Shown: positions 32,795 to 45,812 of the stretch, in pieces
Layout: the number at the start of each line of letters is the position of its first letter
Numbering within the stretch: position 1 is the first letter of the stretch
Source: Fimbriosthenelais zetlandica
Lineage: Eukaryota
Assembly: GCA_977030845.1 (NCBI GenBank)
Contig: OZ365116.1
Coordinates: 22,878,001-22,942,000 of the forward strand
Length of the DNA stretch: 64,000 nt
Direction: 5' to 3'
The notes under the pieces: model-generated
What the model was told of the DNA's origin: nothing
The model's input: the letters and a program-made list of their open reading frames with translations, nothing else
Databases searched by the model: none
Program-made: the position numbers and the translations under genes

Positions 32795-35700
32795 TAAAGC
32801 GACACATCTTGTCTATACACGTTTTCATTGTTATCCAGTTTTTTAATGTGCTTTCAGTCAGTAGGGAGTGATTTTTTTCTCAGTTTTCATTTTACAGATT
32901 AAATATGCTGCAAATGGCAAAGCCTGCTATTTCTGTAGTTCACTGGACTTGAACATCTTGAACATGCAATCTTGAACATGCAAAGGATATTAAAATGTTC
33001 TAGGTTCTGGCTAAATTACTTTATCGTCGTAAAAAGTGATTAGATTATTTTTTATTTTTATTGCTAGCTGCCCTTGCAGTGGGCCAAGTTGAAATCATCA
33101 AAGTATAATTCTTTATCTATATCAGTCTTTTGTAGCACCTTTGACCACATTTTAATTGTCTAGATATTTCTGTTATGAAGACACCTATTCTTTGTAGAAT
33201 AAATGTATATATTAGCTAAAGCATAACAAGGGAATACCCTGTACACTTTCATAATATACTTACGTATATTGGCACCAATTTGCATGTTATTTCGGATACA
33301 ATTACTATGATACACTCTCGTTCTTTTAACTTGTTCTAATCTTTGACTTCTTCATGTGTGCATGGTGCTTGATTTAGATCTGTTCCTAGGATGCAGATAT
33401 GTGATATTTGGTAGAAGAACTTATTTTTTTCGGTATTCACAAATCATTTGAATAATCTTTTAGCGCCAATGTCTCGTATATCTCAATTTATTTGGAGGTG
33501 GGGCTGGGATTGGCGTCATACCAAAATACCCATCGAAATGACCAAACTGTACATGTAAACTATTTATCTCAATAATATAGTTTTGTGTACCAAGAAAGTA
33601 TTAAATTGGTATTGTCATGGCCCTTATTGGGTACAAAGGAAAGAAGAAAATGTATAGGAATCATTCAGGACTTCCATTTCATAATCGATTAGCATAATAA
33701 ATATTATGAAATGAGTCCTAGGAGGTTAATGTTTGGATGCTTTATATTCAAAAGTGGGTAGGTGCTTAATGGGTTTTCTGATAGTAATGAAACCGATAAC
33801 AAATGTGACACGTGAAATGAATCTATTGTTGATAAATCTAATGTCATTTAAAACGTTTCAATCAATACTTATCTGTTTAAAATTAAAATATTATGAAATC
33901 AATAAATGAATCTCTGATAGTTCCTTCAAAGATTGTTAAATAATCTGTATTAATAAAAGTATATAGCAGAGAATTTACTCGCATTTAACTGTCCGAAAAC
34001 CGTGAATTGGGTACTAACCTAAATGCAGTCTATAACCTTGGAATTTATCTTTCCTCTCATCTCTATATTGGAGATGTCATCCTTTATCAGTTTCCATGGA
34101 TACCCTGTATATATGGAGGGAAGGAAGGTGTGGTATAGATCCGCCTGTGTATTAGCGTCTTTAAATAATAGTTTATGTATGGTTACATACAAGAATGTTG
34201 CACTAAGGAATTGCTTAAAAATAAAAAAATGTTACGCTTGTTACTTGCTGGTGTGTTTATTCGTATTTTGATTTCCGCTTGCCATCAGAACCGAAAGTCA
34301 AACCAAACAGTTTCCGAACAACCAGTTAGTGTTTTCTGGAAAATGACACATTCTTTCGTTTCACACTGGCTTGATACAAATGAAGAAAACACTTTTTCTG
34401 ACCAAATGTCTATATTTATTAACGTCAGAATGCATATCAGATAGCAACCTAACATGAAAGAGTACAATTAAACTCTTTAAAATTGTATTTAAGATTTTGC
34501 CACCGAAACACTGTTTTCCCTGAAGATTTCCAACAATCCAATGTGATTGCTGTGTGTGCCGATCTGATTTTAGTTTTAGAGATGCACTCAGAGCGCAAAA
34601 TTCATAATTTCCACACTAAACATTGATAATCTAAAGCGTTCAAAGCCAACTATTTTTAAAAGGCTTACAGGCAACTATCAACAAAACAGAAACTTCTGCT
34701 TAAGACTGATATATTATATAGTAACATAATCAAATACAAGAGTTCATAAAGGCCTACTTGAGATCTTAGAACAGGAAGATAAAGCAATAAGAGAACTGAA
34801 GGCAATAACAACCTAACGTATCAGCTCAGTGGATCACAACCTTGTTTCCCCCTCAAAATATTTATTCTCTCCAATTTCTTTACAAACTAAAAAGGGATTA
34901 CAATTTAGGTACCGTACATATATGGGAAACCTACAAATTACCCGAACTTTTCGGGCAATGAAAACTACTGTCAAAATACATATAATTAAATATTAAACAA
35001 AAAAATCTAGCAGTTATTGACAAATCAAGGAATTTAGCCCTACAAGGTATTAGCTTACGTTGAAACACAACGTTAAAATTCTCAAAACTAATGTCTTAAA
35101 TTTGTTTCTTAATTCTAAAAGCAACTCTTCATTTTCGCAGAACACAATAAAAAGCATAAATCCCGAGACATTTGGGGACATTTTTTAAAATATTACAATA
35201 ATAAAATGTATTATTTATATATAGTTCAGGCCAACATGCATTACTCGATGCAGGTAAATGATTCACAGTAACATAAAGTAGTACACTAAATTGGCAGTGG
35301 GTTCTTTCTGGGATAGAGAAAAAAGACGAGAACATTAGAAAACTACAAAGGAAAACCTAGAAAATAAATTCATACAAATACAAGCCAGATGAAAGAGAGC
35401 CTGAAATCGACTAAAATTTGGAAGTTATCAAAGACTCTATAATTCTTCTGGCAGACAATGCTAGGGGTCGTAAGAGGAACAACTAATAAAGCAAATATAT
35501 AGAAATAAAAATAAATCCTAACAAAGTCGACAACACTGCTGTTGTATATATAAGAGTTAAAATTGGGGAAACATATCAAGAAGACAACGATAGGCATTAC
35601 AGCAAGACTAATACATGGCCACCTTAAGTATATGTCATATCATTCACATACATACGTATTGTTCCTAAAACCGCATCAGAATTATGTACACAAGACTGTT

Positions 35701-36800
35701 TTTCTTTCATTTTACAAAGAAATTGGTCAAGGTGATAACGACTATGAAATACCTGGAAATCTTGGGAATCTGAGGAAAGAAATAAGCTAGGAAAATATCT
35801 CTAATCTTCCCCCTCGATTTAAATGTGTGACGGTTTTCACAATAAAAAACTATCGTGGCCAGTGTGCTTACTTTTAATAATTGTTTGATAGATATTCTAG
35901 TAGAATATACATCAGGTTATATCTTTCCTAGGCCAAACGGTACAAGAACTAAATATATATGGTTTCCTATAGGTCACTATAAAGATTAGAATAACGTCAA
36001 TTAGGGCTAGCATCACAAACTTGCCATTTGTACCCTAAACAATTTTTCATTACAATTTTGGTAGCTGAATATAACTAGTGGAGCTAATCAAAACATGGGT
36101 AAAATTGTCCAGTCCTCCTCAGGGCAGTGGTAATGACTTCAAAATTTTCATCCAAACAACAATTCAGTTTGTAAATTCCAAAGACTTTCTTTCAACAAGA
36201 ATAACTCTAGTATAAATACAGTTAGAACCTGTATATACATGAAACATTTTAGGACCACTATATTTGCTTTATAACTTTGCAAATATCATTTAGTTCCACA
36301 TGGTAATAACTAATATTATAGTTCAAACACTTTAGATTTGTCTGCAACAATTTTGTGCGATTCTATATAAGGCATAAAATAGTTCTCGTGCCAAGAAACT
36401 ACCACAGTCCAAATCCAGAGACCAGTCAAGCCGAGAGTAGGGTTAGGTTTTGATATTCATTTCCAAATGTTTTGCTTCTATTGGTGGACAGATTGTAGAA
36501 ACGGTAACCATGTGGTGCTAGCCCTGTTTTCTGTGGACAGTTGGGTGAGGTTTGGTTGTATTACACATTTTCTCTTATATTCTGTCAGCTGCCGCATCCA
36601 TGTGTAGGAAGACTCCTGGAAAAAAATGAAATGAATAAGTCAAAGAGATCCTGAAAAATCAGGGCATTATATGGAAAACATGGATTTTGGCACCTAAATT
36701 ATTGCAGATTCAACCTTAAAATTAATGGATTCTGGTAATTAAATTATAGGAAGTTCATGTTTAAATTATGTCGGATAGTAGAGCACCATACCTTGTATGC

Positions 36801-39800
36801 TTATTTGAAGAAGAGCTCTGCTTTGAGGGAGAGATGATCGGAGGGGAATACATTGTTAGGGATGCCGGTGGTGATGAGGGAGACTGGGGAAGCAGAGAGG
36901 ACACCGGCCACATCTAGATTAGATCCTCCACACCAGATGTAATCCGCTTCACGACACTCCGCGATATTAGCATAACGTGTCGTCTCTGGTTCTCCTCCCT
37001 GTCGCAACAAATTATTACAATTATATACAAATTATTTTTTGGGTTACATGTTCTCCAATATTCTGGAAGCTCCCGTATCCATGTTTAGGAAAACTCCTTT
37101 AAAAATGAAGTCCTGAAGTCTGAATTATTTCTTTCAAATTAAAAACAAAGAAAGTTATCTTACCGTCACCAGATTGTATGAGCTGCGCATGTTGGGGGAC
37201 GTATGCTGGAATCCTTTAAACCAGAGGTTGACGAGAGCTTGGGGCTGAAATAAAAAATAAAAAATTAAAGAACAGCCATTCCTTTCACTTCTTATCTGTA
37301 AAGTTCCCATAAATTTAATAAACATTTGACGCCTCTCTCTTGAAAATCTTCGGTCAGCCGTGGATTTTTAGTAGTTTTGGCAAATTTGCTAATTAAAAAA
37401 AAATAAATATCTTTACCTCGCCGCCAGCTACTGGGCTATTGGTCATAGCTTGTAGCGTGGTGAGACTGGCGTCGTTAAGGTAGCCCTCCTTCATCAGTTG
37501 ATAGACGGGGGAGGTGGAGGTAGCGTTAAAATCACCACATAATACATGAGCATTATCTGGACCATCAGCTGCGGCTACCACCTCCCTCACAGCGCACGCC
37601 GCCTGAATACACTGAAGGTCTGACCGCTTCAGGTTATCCCAGCTCACGTGGGTGTTACCCACTGTCACCACTTTTTGGCTCTGGGTACATTTTAACTGCG
37701 TGATAAGGACGACGGTGGGTCGGTCGATGCTTGCCTTCACAGCTGCAGCTTTTTCTGTGTCTAATCCGCAGGTTTCTAACTCCTGAAATATTTGTAAAAA
37801 TCAGAGAATGAATTCTTATTTCTCCCAGGCAAGATTGATATACATGTATTTCGCATGATAATTACCCAAAAAAAGTCCATTACGGTCCCACCCTCACCCC
37901 AACATAAATCCCAAGGCAAATTATTTAGTAGTTAGATATTTTTCAACAATAACATTCATTTCAACATTAAACATTATATTTTATATCAATTGTAAACATT
38001 ACAACGGAACCTTTACCTCAATCTCCTGTCCGGACAAAAAAATCAATGACAAAAATTACAAGGACATATTTGAACCTATTATGAACTTAGAAGTAATTAA
38101 GGGATTAAAAGAATATATCATTAGGAATTAGTATTAAGGGGGTAAGCTTTGTTTTACTCACTTTGACAGCCAGGTCATATAGAGAGAGCTCGCGGGACGA
38201 ACACAACTGGAATCTGGTCGTCCTGTAGAAGGTGGCTGAGCCTTCTTCACAATCCAGACGCTTCTTGAAGCAGCCATTATACCCAGAGCTTTTGTAAAAG
38301 AAACAAAAATCAGATTTGTAATCACTATAAATTAAATTACAACTGCAGTAATATCCCTAAAAATTTAAATAAACATTTTAACAACTAAGAAAAAGTGTTC
38401 TGTTCATTATGTTGAGCTAGTGAGTTTTTACATTACAAATTTTAACATTTCTACTAAAATTACATGAAATACAAAAGTTTTTAAACGCACATTTGTAAGG
38501 AAGGTTTGAGGACATTATTGTAATAATCTGTGCCCACTTCTTGCAGGCAGATAACGTCTGCGTCCAAGTGCTCCAACTCTTGCATAAACCTCTTATGTCT
38601 GGTCTCCATCTTCAGGTCACTCGTTGTTATCCAGTTGTACAATGTGGGTGATTTGAGAGAGTGACAGTCGGCCAGAATATTGTAGGAAACCAGGGTGAAT
38701 TTTTGCTTGGCATCGATGGGTGCTGCGAGGTTGGGGTTGGGCATATATTTACGTGAGAAGAGTGGGTCTGTGTTGGTATCCACTGAGTTTGTCATGGTCC
38801 CATTACTGATGTTAGAGTTGACTTCAGGGCTGGAGTTCGGCAGGTGAGAGCTGCCATTTTCAGCTGCCATCTTTTCTGGTGTTTCTGAATTGGATTGCTC
38901 CGCCATTTTGCCGTCTTGATTTGAGCTGTCTTGTTTGGGTTCGTCGTCCGCCTTGTCCGCCTCTGATTGGGCTGGTTCTGTGTCTGGTTTGTCCTCTATG
39001 GGCATCTTGGCTGCTTCTTCCTTTGATTGAGCAGGAGCAGGCGTGGACTGTGAGACCTCAGCACTGTCCGAGGCGGGCACATCTTCCATGTTTATCACTA
39101 CATACCCTTTTAGCACATCTTCTGTAGTGGTTTCTTTGGCTTCCTCTGCCGCTTCCACCTTCTTCCCCTCTTTGCTTTCTGCCACCTTAGTTTTGGCATC
39201 TTCCACCTTGTCTACAGTTTGGCTTGTTTGTGGTGTGGGTTCGTCTAGTTTCTCTGTTTTTTGCTCTGTTTCATTGTCATTACTGTCCTCGGATTTAGCG
39301 GCAGGTTCCTCAACCTTGCTTTGAGTTTCTGGCTCCTCAGTGGCAGCCTTTGCCTCTGTAGATTCCTCTTTCTTCTCTGCCTTTTCTGTTGGCTTTGTTT
39401 CCTTTACATCTGGGGACTCTTCAACCTCCATGGGTTCCTCTTCATCCCTCGCCTCCTCACATTTTTCTGTTTCTTCTGTTCTCTCCTCTTCCTCCTCCAC
39501 CTTCTGTTTTTTCTCTGACTTCTCTTCTACTTTAGCCTCAACACTTTCTCTCTTCCTCTTCTTACTAGCACCGGGACTCTCTTTCTCCTGCTCCTCCTCC
39601 GCCTTCTCTTCCTCTGTGTTCTCTTTCTGTGGGGATTCTAAGGCTGGCATTTCTTCCTCGTCATCAGGTGCGGCTGATGACCTCCCCCGCCGTCCTCTCC
39701 TGGTCGGGGTGGGTGTAGATTTAGGTGTACTTTGAGCGCTGCGACTCCTGCGTGGCCGTGCAGGACTTTGTTTCACCTCCTCCTCGGGTTCATCTTCAGC

Positions 39801-40594
39801 CTCGGCGGGTCGTGGTCGAGCCTTGGCGGCTCTTCCCCGCCCTCTACCTCGGCCTCTTCCCCGGGCGGGACTCTTCTGAGGTGGCGCAGGGGCTTCTTCT
39901 TCCTCAACTTCAGGCGCTGAATGAGAAACAGTATTTTTTGTGGTTTCCTCTGTTGATTTGTTGGATACATTTTGTGACATTATAATTAAATACAGCATTT
40001 ACAAATATGTCCAGCTATTACATATATTTACAACTGTTTTACCCAACAATAATTCAATATCAGCTAGAGTGCCTTTAACCCATGTGAGGTAATATTTTGG
40101 GTGTTTTTTCTCGTCTTACCTGCTTCTGTTGCATCTTCTGGAGCAGCTGCCTCCACGTTTTCTTCTGCAGCTCCTCGACCACTACGCTGAGAGGCTCCAC
40201 GGCCCCGGCCCCTAGAGAAGAAAAACAAAATTTTTTTACACATTCATCTTCATATGTAACAGTTACAGGACAATATGTCTTTTGATTGGCGTTTTACATG
40301 ACAGAAACAACCAAGGCCAGATGGCGTTGACGAGGAAATAGGTTTTTGGCTCTCTTGAATGCTCTTTAGTAATTTAATTTACATATATAATAGGAAATAC
40401 ATTTAATCTGAATATAGACCCTTCTATACATACCTGCCTCTACCCCGGCTAGGACTGGGTGAGGGGCTTTTAACAGTGGCGGGCGCCTCAGGCTCAGGCT
40501 CAGGCTCGGCTGGCCCCCGTAGGCTTCTCCTTGTCACCCTTTTCTCAATATTAGGGTCCTCTGCAGGTTTGGGTCGACTTGATCTTCGTGGCAT
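36801..40594 (-). CDS. EEP-family (CCR4/nocturnin/Angel/PDE12-type) phosphoesterase with a long disordered N-terminus, ~816 aa; complement(join(36801..36998,37164..37244,37417..37782,38162..38288,38491..39916,40120..40211,40434..40594))
   Basis: EEP motifs occur in order: FTLVSYNILAD, DVICLQEVG, VGNTHVSW, LCGDFNAT, GGEPETTRY, ADYIW, FPSDHLSL. Exons sum to 2451 nt, in frame, with GT-AG introns. No LRR domain. Confidence 0.88.
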
Positions 40595-41262
40595 TTTGTG
40601 TAATTTGAAATCCGGACTTGGTATAAATGGTTCAATTTATTCTGAAAAAGGATAAAAACAGAAATTATTGCACGTGGTCATATTAATGCCTAAAGGCCCT
40701 AGATCTATACAAAAAAAAATTGGCCATGGCCCATCTACTTATAGGGGCGAATACACAATATAAATTATACATCGAGATCTGTAGGCTATGTTCTTTGCTA
40801 TCGATGTCTATGAGTATGACTATGTTATTGTTATGCCCATGCCTAGGCCCTATCACTATCACAGGCTATCCGAATACACACATCCGAATTCGGCGAATAC
40901 ACACAATAGACTGAATAGATTGGTACAACTACAAGCGAATACAAAGGCAACAGCAAAAATCAAAGAATATGGCGAACTAGTGAAAAGCTACAGTAGGAGG
41001 AAATGTACAAATTACAGAAAATAGTCCGAAATAATCTGTTTAAAAGCACATTTTACCGGTCTGGTAGGCTATCGAGCCAGCATGCAAAACATGCTTTCAA
41101 GAGTGTGAAGTCCGCAATGAGGGACGCTACCTCGGACATAGATTACACCCGTAAATTATGGGTAAATACACACGATCCCGACCAAAAAGTCATATTACCA
41201 GATTGCGCAATATGTACTTGATCAGCAGAAACTACAATACAACTCATTTGACTCATACTTAC

Positions 41263-41880
41263 ATCAAAAATCAGAAAATTATGCCGTTCCGAGATCGCTA
41301 CCGCCAGCTTCAAAACAAGGAGGCCGCCATCTTGGGTACGCGTAAATAGAGCATCCCTATTGGCTAATAATTGTTTGAAAATCATATGACCCATTTTTGT
41401 TTGAGAAATCATTTCATAAATTCTTTCGGTTATTATTAACTAATAAAATTCATTATGTTTTCTTTGTTAGGTAAATGTAAATATTATAAGGCTATATAAG
41501 AGAACGATAATAAATATTCCGAATTTGCACCATTGAGAACTCTCTTTTTATTCAGCCCGGGACAGAGACCGCCCGGGCGTGTAGCCGGATAAATATTTAC
41601 TCTGCACCGCATGAACCTAAACCCGATTTTGCTGAATAATTCCCAGGGTTGCGAGATTATATAGTACGTGGGAGGAAAGAACAGACAACAAAGAATCGTC
41701 TGAGGTAGGTTTCATAGGCATGACACAGCGAAGCAAACGAATGACGTAGCATTTTTTCGAGAGGTGAGCGATAAGTGGGGGAATCTTAGTAGTATACGTC
41801 CTGTCCTCCACAGGTGCTGAGGTGTCGGCCGTACTTATATTGGTTTCTTTCCTCGTGCTCCCTATTTGTGTGAAGGTATT
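41263..41880. promoter_or_regulatory. Bidirectional promoter and non-coding first exons of the EEP gene (-) and TP53I3 copy A (+)
   Basis: YY1-type GGCCGCCATCTTG at 41322-41334. Minus-strand donor GAT|GTAAGT at 41263/41262 and plus-strand donor AAG|GTATTT near 41877. CpG-rich patches are present. Confidence 0.55.
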
Positions 41881-42287
41881 TAAATTAGTTTTGTCCCTTG
41901 GGATTGGCGTAAAAATGAAGTAAAATAATACTAGGTATATTCAAGAATTTATTTCGGATGAGAGATGTTTTTCTGGTCTCAATCGAGTCAATGTCTGTGT
42001 CAGTTTGTGACTGTATTATTATTCGCCTAATTAGGCCTAACCCTACTATAGATCTCTGTCATATTTCTGTCTGCGTAATATGGATCTCTGTCAGAGTAGA
42101 AAACATCCTACACAGCTAATTCCTGTATAATGAATACTACAGTCGTCGCCCTGATCTGTAATATTGTAGTACTAGTAACTAGTTGTACCTGCAGTGATTT
42201 TTTCCCGCCCAAATAGGGCGTGGTCCGTCAAAAACCCGCCGTTTTTATCTGTTCCCTTTCGCTGTGTATTAGGTATCCGGTCTGACG

Positions 42288-44165
42288 ATGATGAAAGCTG
42301 CTGATTTTACTCCTGGCGGTCCGGAGAACTTGTTCCTTGGTGAAGCTCCCATCCCTGATATCAAGGACCACGAGGTGCTCATAAAGGTCTATGCTACAGC
42401 TATCAACAGGACTGATACCCTCCAGGTAAAATTTTCTTTCTTTATATTTATTTCTTAATGTAAAATATTCTTGAGTCTTTAAAGGATCTAAATAAATCAA
42501 TGTATCAACAGTAATTATAATCATAATCTGATCTCCTTCAGCGGAAAGGGTCTTACCCCGCGGCACCCGGTGAAAGTAAAATTTTAGGATTGGAAGCTGC
42601 TGGAAAAGTTGAGAAAGTTTGGTCGACTTCTTCTAAATGGGCTGTTGGTGACAGAGTGTTTGGCCTCCTAACGGGTGAGTCGACCGTCACGCCTTTTTTC
42701 AGCTTATTCTATATTTATTCAGGAGGTGCATCTGAGTTAAAAAATCTTGGTTGCTATTTGCAACTGGCAGTAGAAGTGCTTATAGCTCAGTAGAAGTACT
42801 TGTAGCTAAGATTTAGTCATGTCTCTAATTGTTTTTTTAGGTGGAGGTAATGCTGAATATGTAGCCGCCCATGAGGACCTCCTCATGAAGATTCCAGATG
42901 AGATGAAATTTGTTGACGCGGGAGCAATCCCTGAAGTTTTTTTCACAGCTTTCCAACTGATACACTTTGTTGGTAAGTGAATCAACTACAATTTTATCCT
43001 AATACATTCTTATTAAAAAGTGTTGACACAAATGGTTATTTACATAATTTATTGATTTCATTTTTTCTGTATTATTTGTCTTGTTAGCTAAAGCCTCTCC
43101 AGGAGATGTGGTGCTGATCCATGCTGGCGGTAGTGGCGTGGGTACCGCTGCTATTCAGCTGTGTAAAATAGCGGGACTTACTCCCATAGTGACTGCTGGT
43201 AAACAGGAGAAACTGGACATGGCCCTGTCCCTGGGTGCTCAACATGCATTCAATTATAAGGAGGGTAAATGGGGAGACAAGGTGCTGGAAGCCACTGGAG
43301 GTACATCTTTAATTTACTCATAAAGTTTTGGAATCGACATATAGATGTCGAAGTATGGACTTAAAATGTTTATTTTCATTGACAAACGTTTTGAGTTTCT
43401 ATTCAGTTACTTACTTTAAATTTCGGTTAATATTTTTTAATATTTATTTAATAGTTGATATATATATTAATCGGGGGTAAAGTTTAAATACTAAAGTATG
43501 TGTGATTGTTCTGCAGGTCGGGGTGTGGATGTAATACTGGATCCTGTTGGTGGTTCGTACTGGGATCAGAATACGGACTGCCTTGCTACTGAGGGAAGAT
43601 GGGTCCTGTATGGATTGTTGGGTGAGTTGAAAAAATATAATAAAGTAAATATTTCAGACAGGGATTTATAATTTAGATTCAATATTGCATGGTTGACTTT
43701 GTCATAATATTTCTGTGAATGTTGAAGGTGGTGGAGCGGTGAATGGTAATATACTGGGGAAGATACTGGGGAAGCGAGCCTCATTGCTATCATCGACTCT
43801 GCGGACAAGATCCAAACAGGTAACAATTATTATATGTTGAAATATCGAAGAAAGTAAAATTATTTGACTTTTTTGGTTGCCTTTAGTAAGATATAATTTA
43901 TGTATTTCGATTTATATTGGTTCCTGGAGACAGTCATAACATATCCTCTTTATGGTTTCTAATTTTCCAGTATAAGGCCGAGCTTGTTGCTGCATTTAGT
44001 GCTAAGGCCCTCCCTCATTTTACAACAGGGGAACTTAAGACCATCATTGATACGACCATGCCCCTGGCACAGATATCGCAGGCTCACGCGAGGTTAGAGT
44101 CTAACGTTAACACCGGCAAGATCGTCCTCATCGTCCGTGAAGACCAGGATAAATCTGAGCTGTAA
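42288..44165 (+). CDS. TP53I3: Quinone oxidoreductase PIG3-like, copy A, 335 aa; join(42288..42425,42542..42674,42841..42972,43088..43300,43517..43621,43728..43819,43971..44165)
   Basis: MDR/zeta-crystallin family motifs [56 protein letters not shown] and [10 protein letters not shown]. Exons sum to 1008 nt with no stops. Confidence 0.93.
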
Positions 44166-45812
44166 AAAGTTCACATCCCCGGTGAGCCTCTGTTCTGAAA
44201 AGTTATGTTCTTTAGTTTAAGTGTTAAGATGTTTGATCCACGGGCTGAGATTGTGTTGCTATATCGCAAGTCAGTCGCAACTTCAATCCATGGTGCGCAT
44301 TGTAAGGGGATACTGACATCGCAGTTTCGTGTGTGGTTGATAGGAATCTTTCCTTGCGATGGTTAGTCGCCACCTGGACTGGCAGGGAACATCGCAGCCA
44401 GTGGATCACTTGTTACTGAGTTTTGTTAAGGAACTGTTACGATCCAGGGTTATCTTATGGACTTTTACCTTCATGTTGTGCTGTCACTGTGGTAGACTAA
44501 TCCTATACATTCCAAGATGATGCTTTAAAGGAAAAGTAGGATGTGTCCGTCCAGACCAGTGCTTTTAAACTTTACTGAACACTTTACATTTCTGTTGATT
44601 GGATACCATGGATACTTTACTATATTTCTGTTGACAATTCTACGCATACTCTTCGCCTTACAATCTGTACTCGCACCAAATACATACTATATAGTTAGTG
44701 AAACTCAGGAAAGAACTCAGGATTTACAATTACTCCGGATTTTAACAAATTACTCAGGATTTTAAAAAGAACTAAGGATTTTAAAAAGAACTCAACAGGT
44801 TACAGGGTCAATTTAATCTCATGGAAAACAAACTGGTGATGTGAACAAATAAAATATACATTAACAGTTCTTACTTTTAATTTTTATAAATTTTTGAAAT
44901 AATTAAATTGAAGTTAGTTACGTAGTAAGTAATATTTTATTTCAAGGTTTTTACACACGATTCAAATACATATGAATCCGGAAAACAGAATTACAACAAA
45001 TAGTGGAATAACCTAGGGGGCAAGACGCCCGTCTAGGTACATTTGGTCAGTAATAACATTTAAGTTATAATACAATGCAGGCAATTTTAGTGGGAAATAT
45101 TGAGGGAATCCAAATTACAACTTGACGTTGTACATATTTCGATTATCACAGTTCTGCTAATATCTATAACAACCAAGATAAAAAACAAAAAGTGGAATTA
45201 GAAAATAATCAACAGCACCGCAATATTAAACATACAAATTTTTAAATATATCGAGGGTGTTGGTGAGTTAATAACAATAACCAAGTTCACAAATCAGCGA
45301 AGCAAACGAATGTCCAGTTCGACAATACGCCAGATGGCGGTATAAACTTAAGAAAAGAGAAGAGGTGAGCGATAAATGGGGGAATCGGTAGTATACCTTG
45401 TCCACGTCCAGTCGGTCACAGGCTGCTGATATGTCAAGTCGTTGGACTCTGAGGCTGCTCTATCTACAAATTACGTCCTCATTGGTGTCTTTCCTTGTAC
45501 TCACCATTTGTGTGAAGGTATTTGAATTGATTTTCTTCCCGTGGGCTTGCCGTGAAAAATTGAGAGTAGAAAATATCTCTGTTGTACTTGTAGTACTAGT
45601 AGTGTTATACTTTTGACTATGCATATATGTAGACATTATGATCGGCCCCTTCTAGGGTTACACAGGCTCCACCCAGCGGGTTCCTGGAATAGGGATGGAT
45701 ACTCTATCTAATATATATGTGTAGATGTCCAATATCTGTATGTGTCTGTCAGACTGTGAATGATCGTTCGTCATCTGTTTTTGACTTTGTGTATTAGGTA
45801 ACCGGTCTGACC

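Noticed and set aside
38879-39985. Several plus-strand ORFs rich in Ser, Leu and Phe
   Set aside because: These are antisense shadows of the low-complexity E/K-rich exon of the EEP gene.
44151-44165. C-terminal KSEL of both TP53I3 copies as a KDEL-like ER-retention or PTS1 signal
   Set aside because: There is no signal peptide, so luminal retention is implausible. SEL is not a canonical animal PTS1.
44182-44215. Donor-like CCG|GTGAGC shortly after the TP53I3 stop (both copies)
   Set aside because: The nearest acceptor gives only a 34-nt intron and no convincing partner was found, so it cannot be supported without RNA data.
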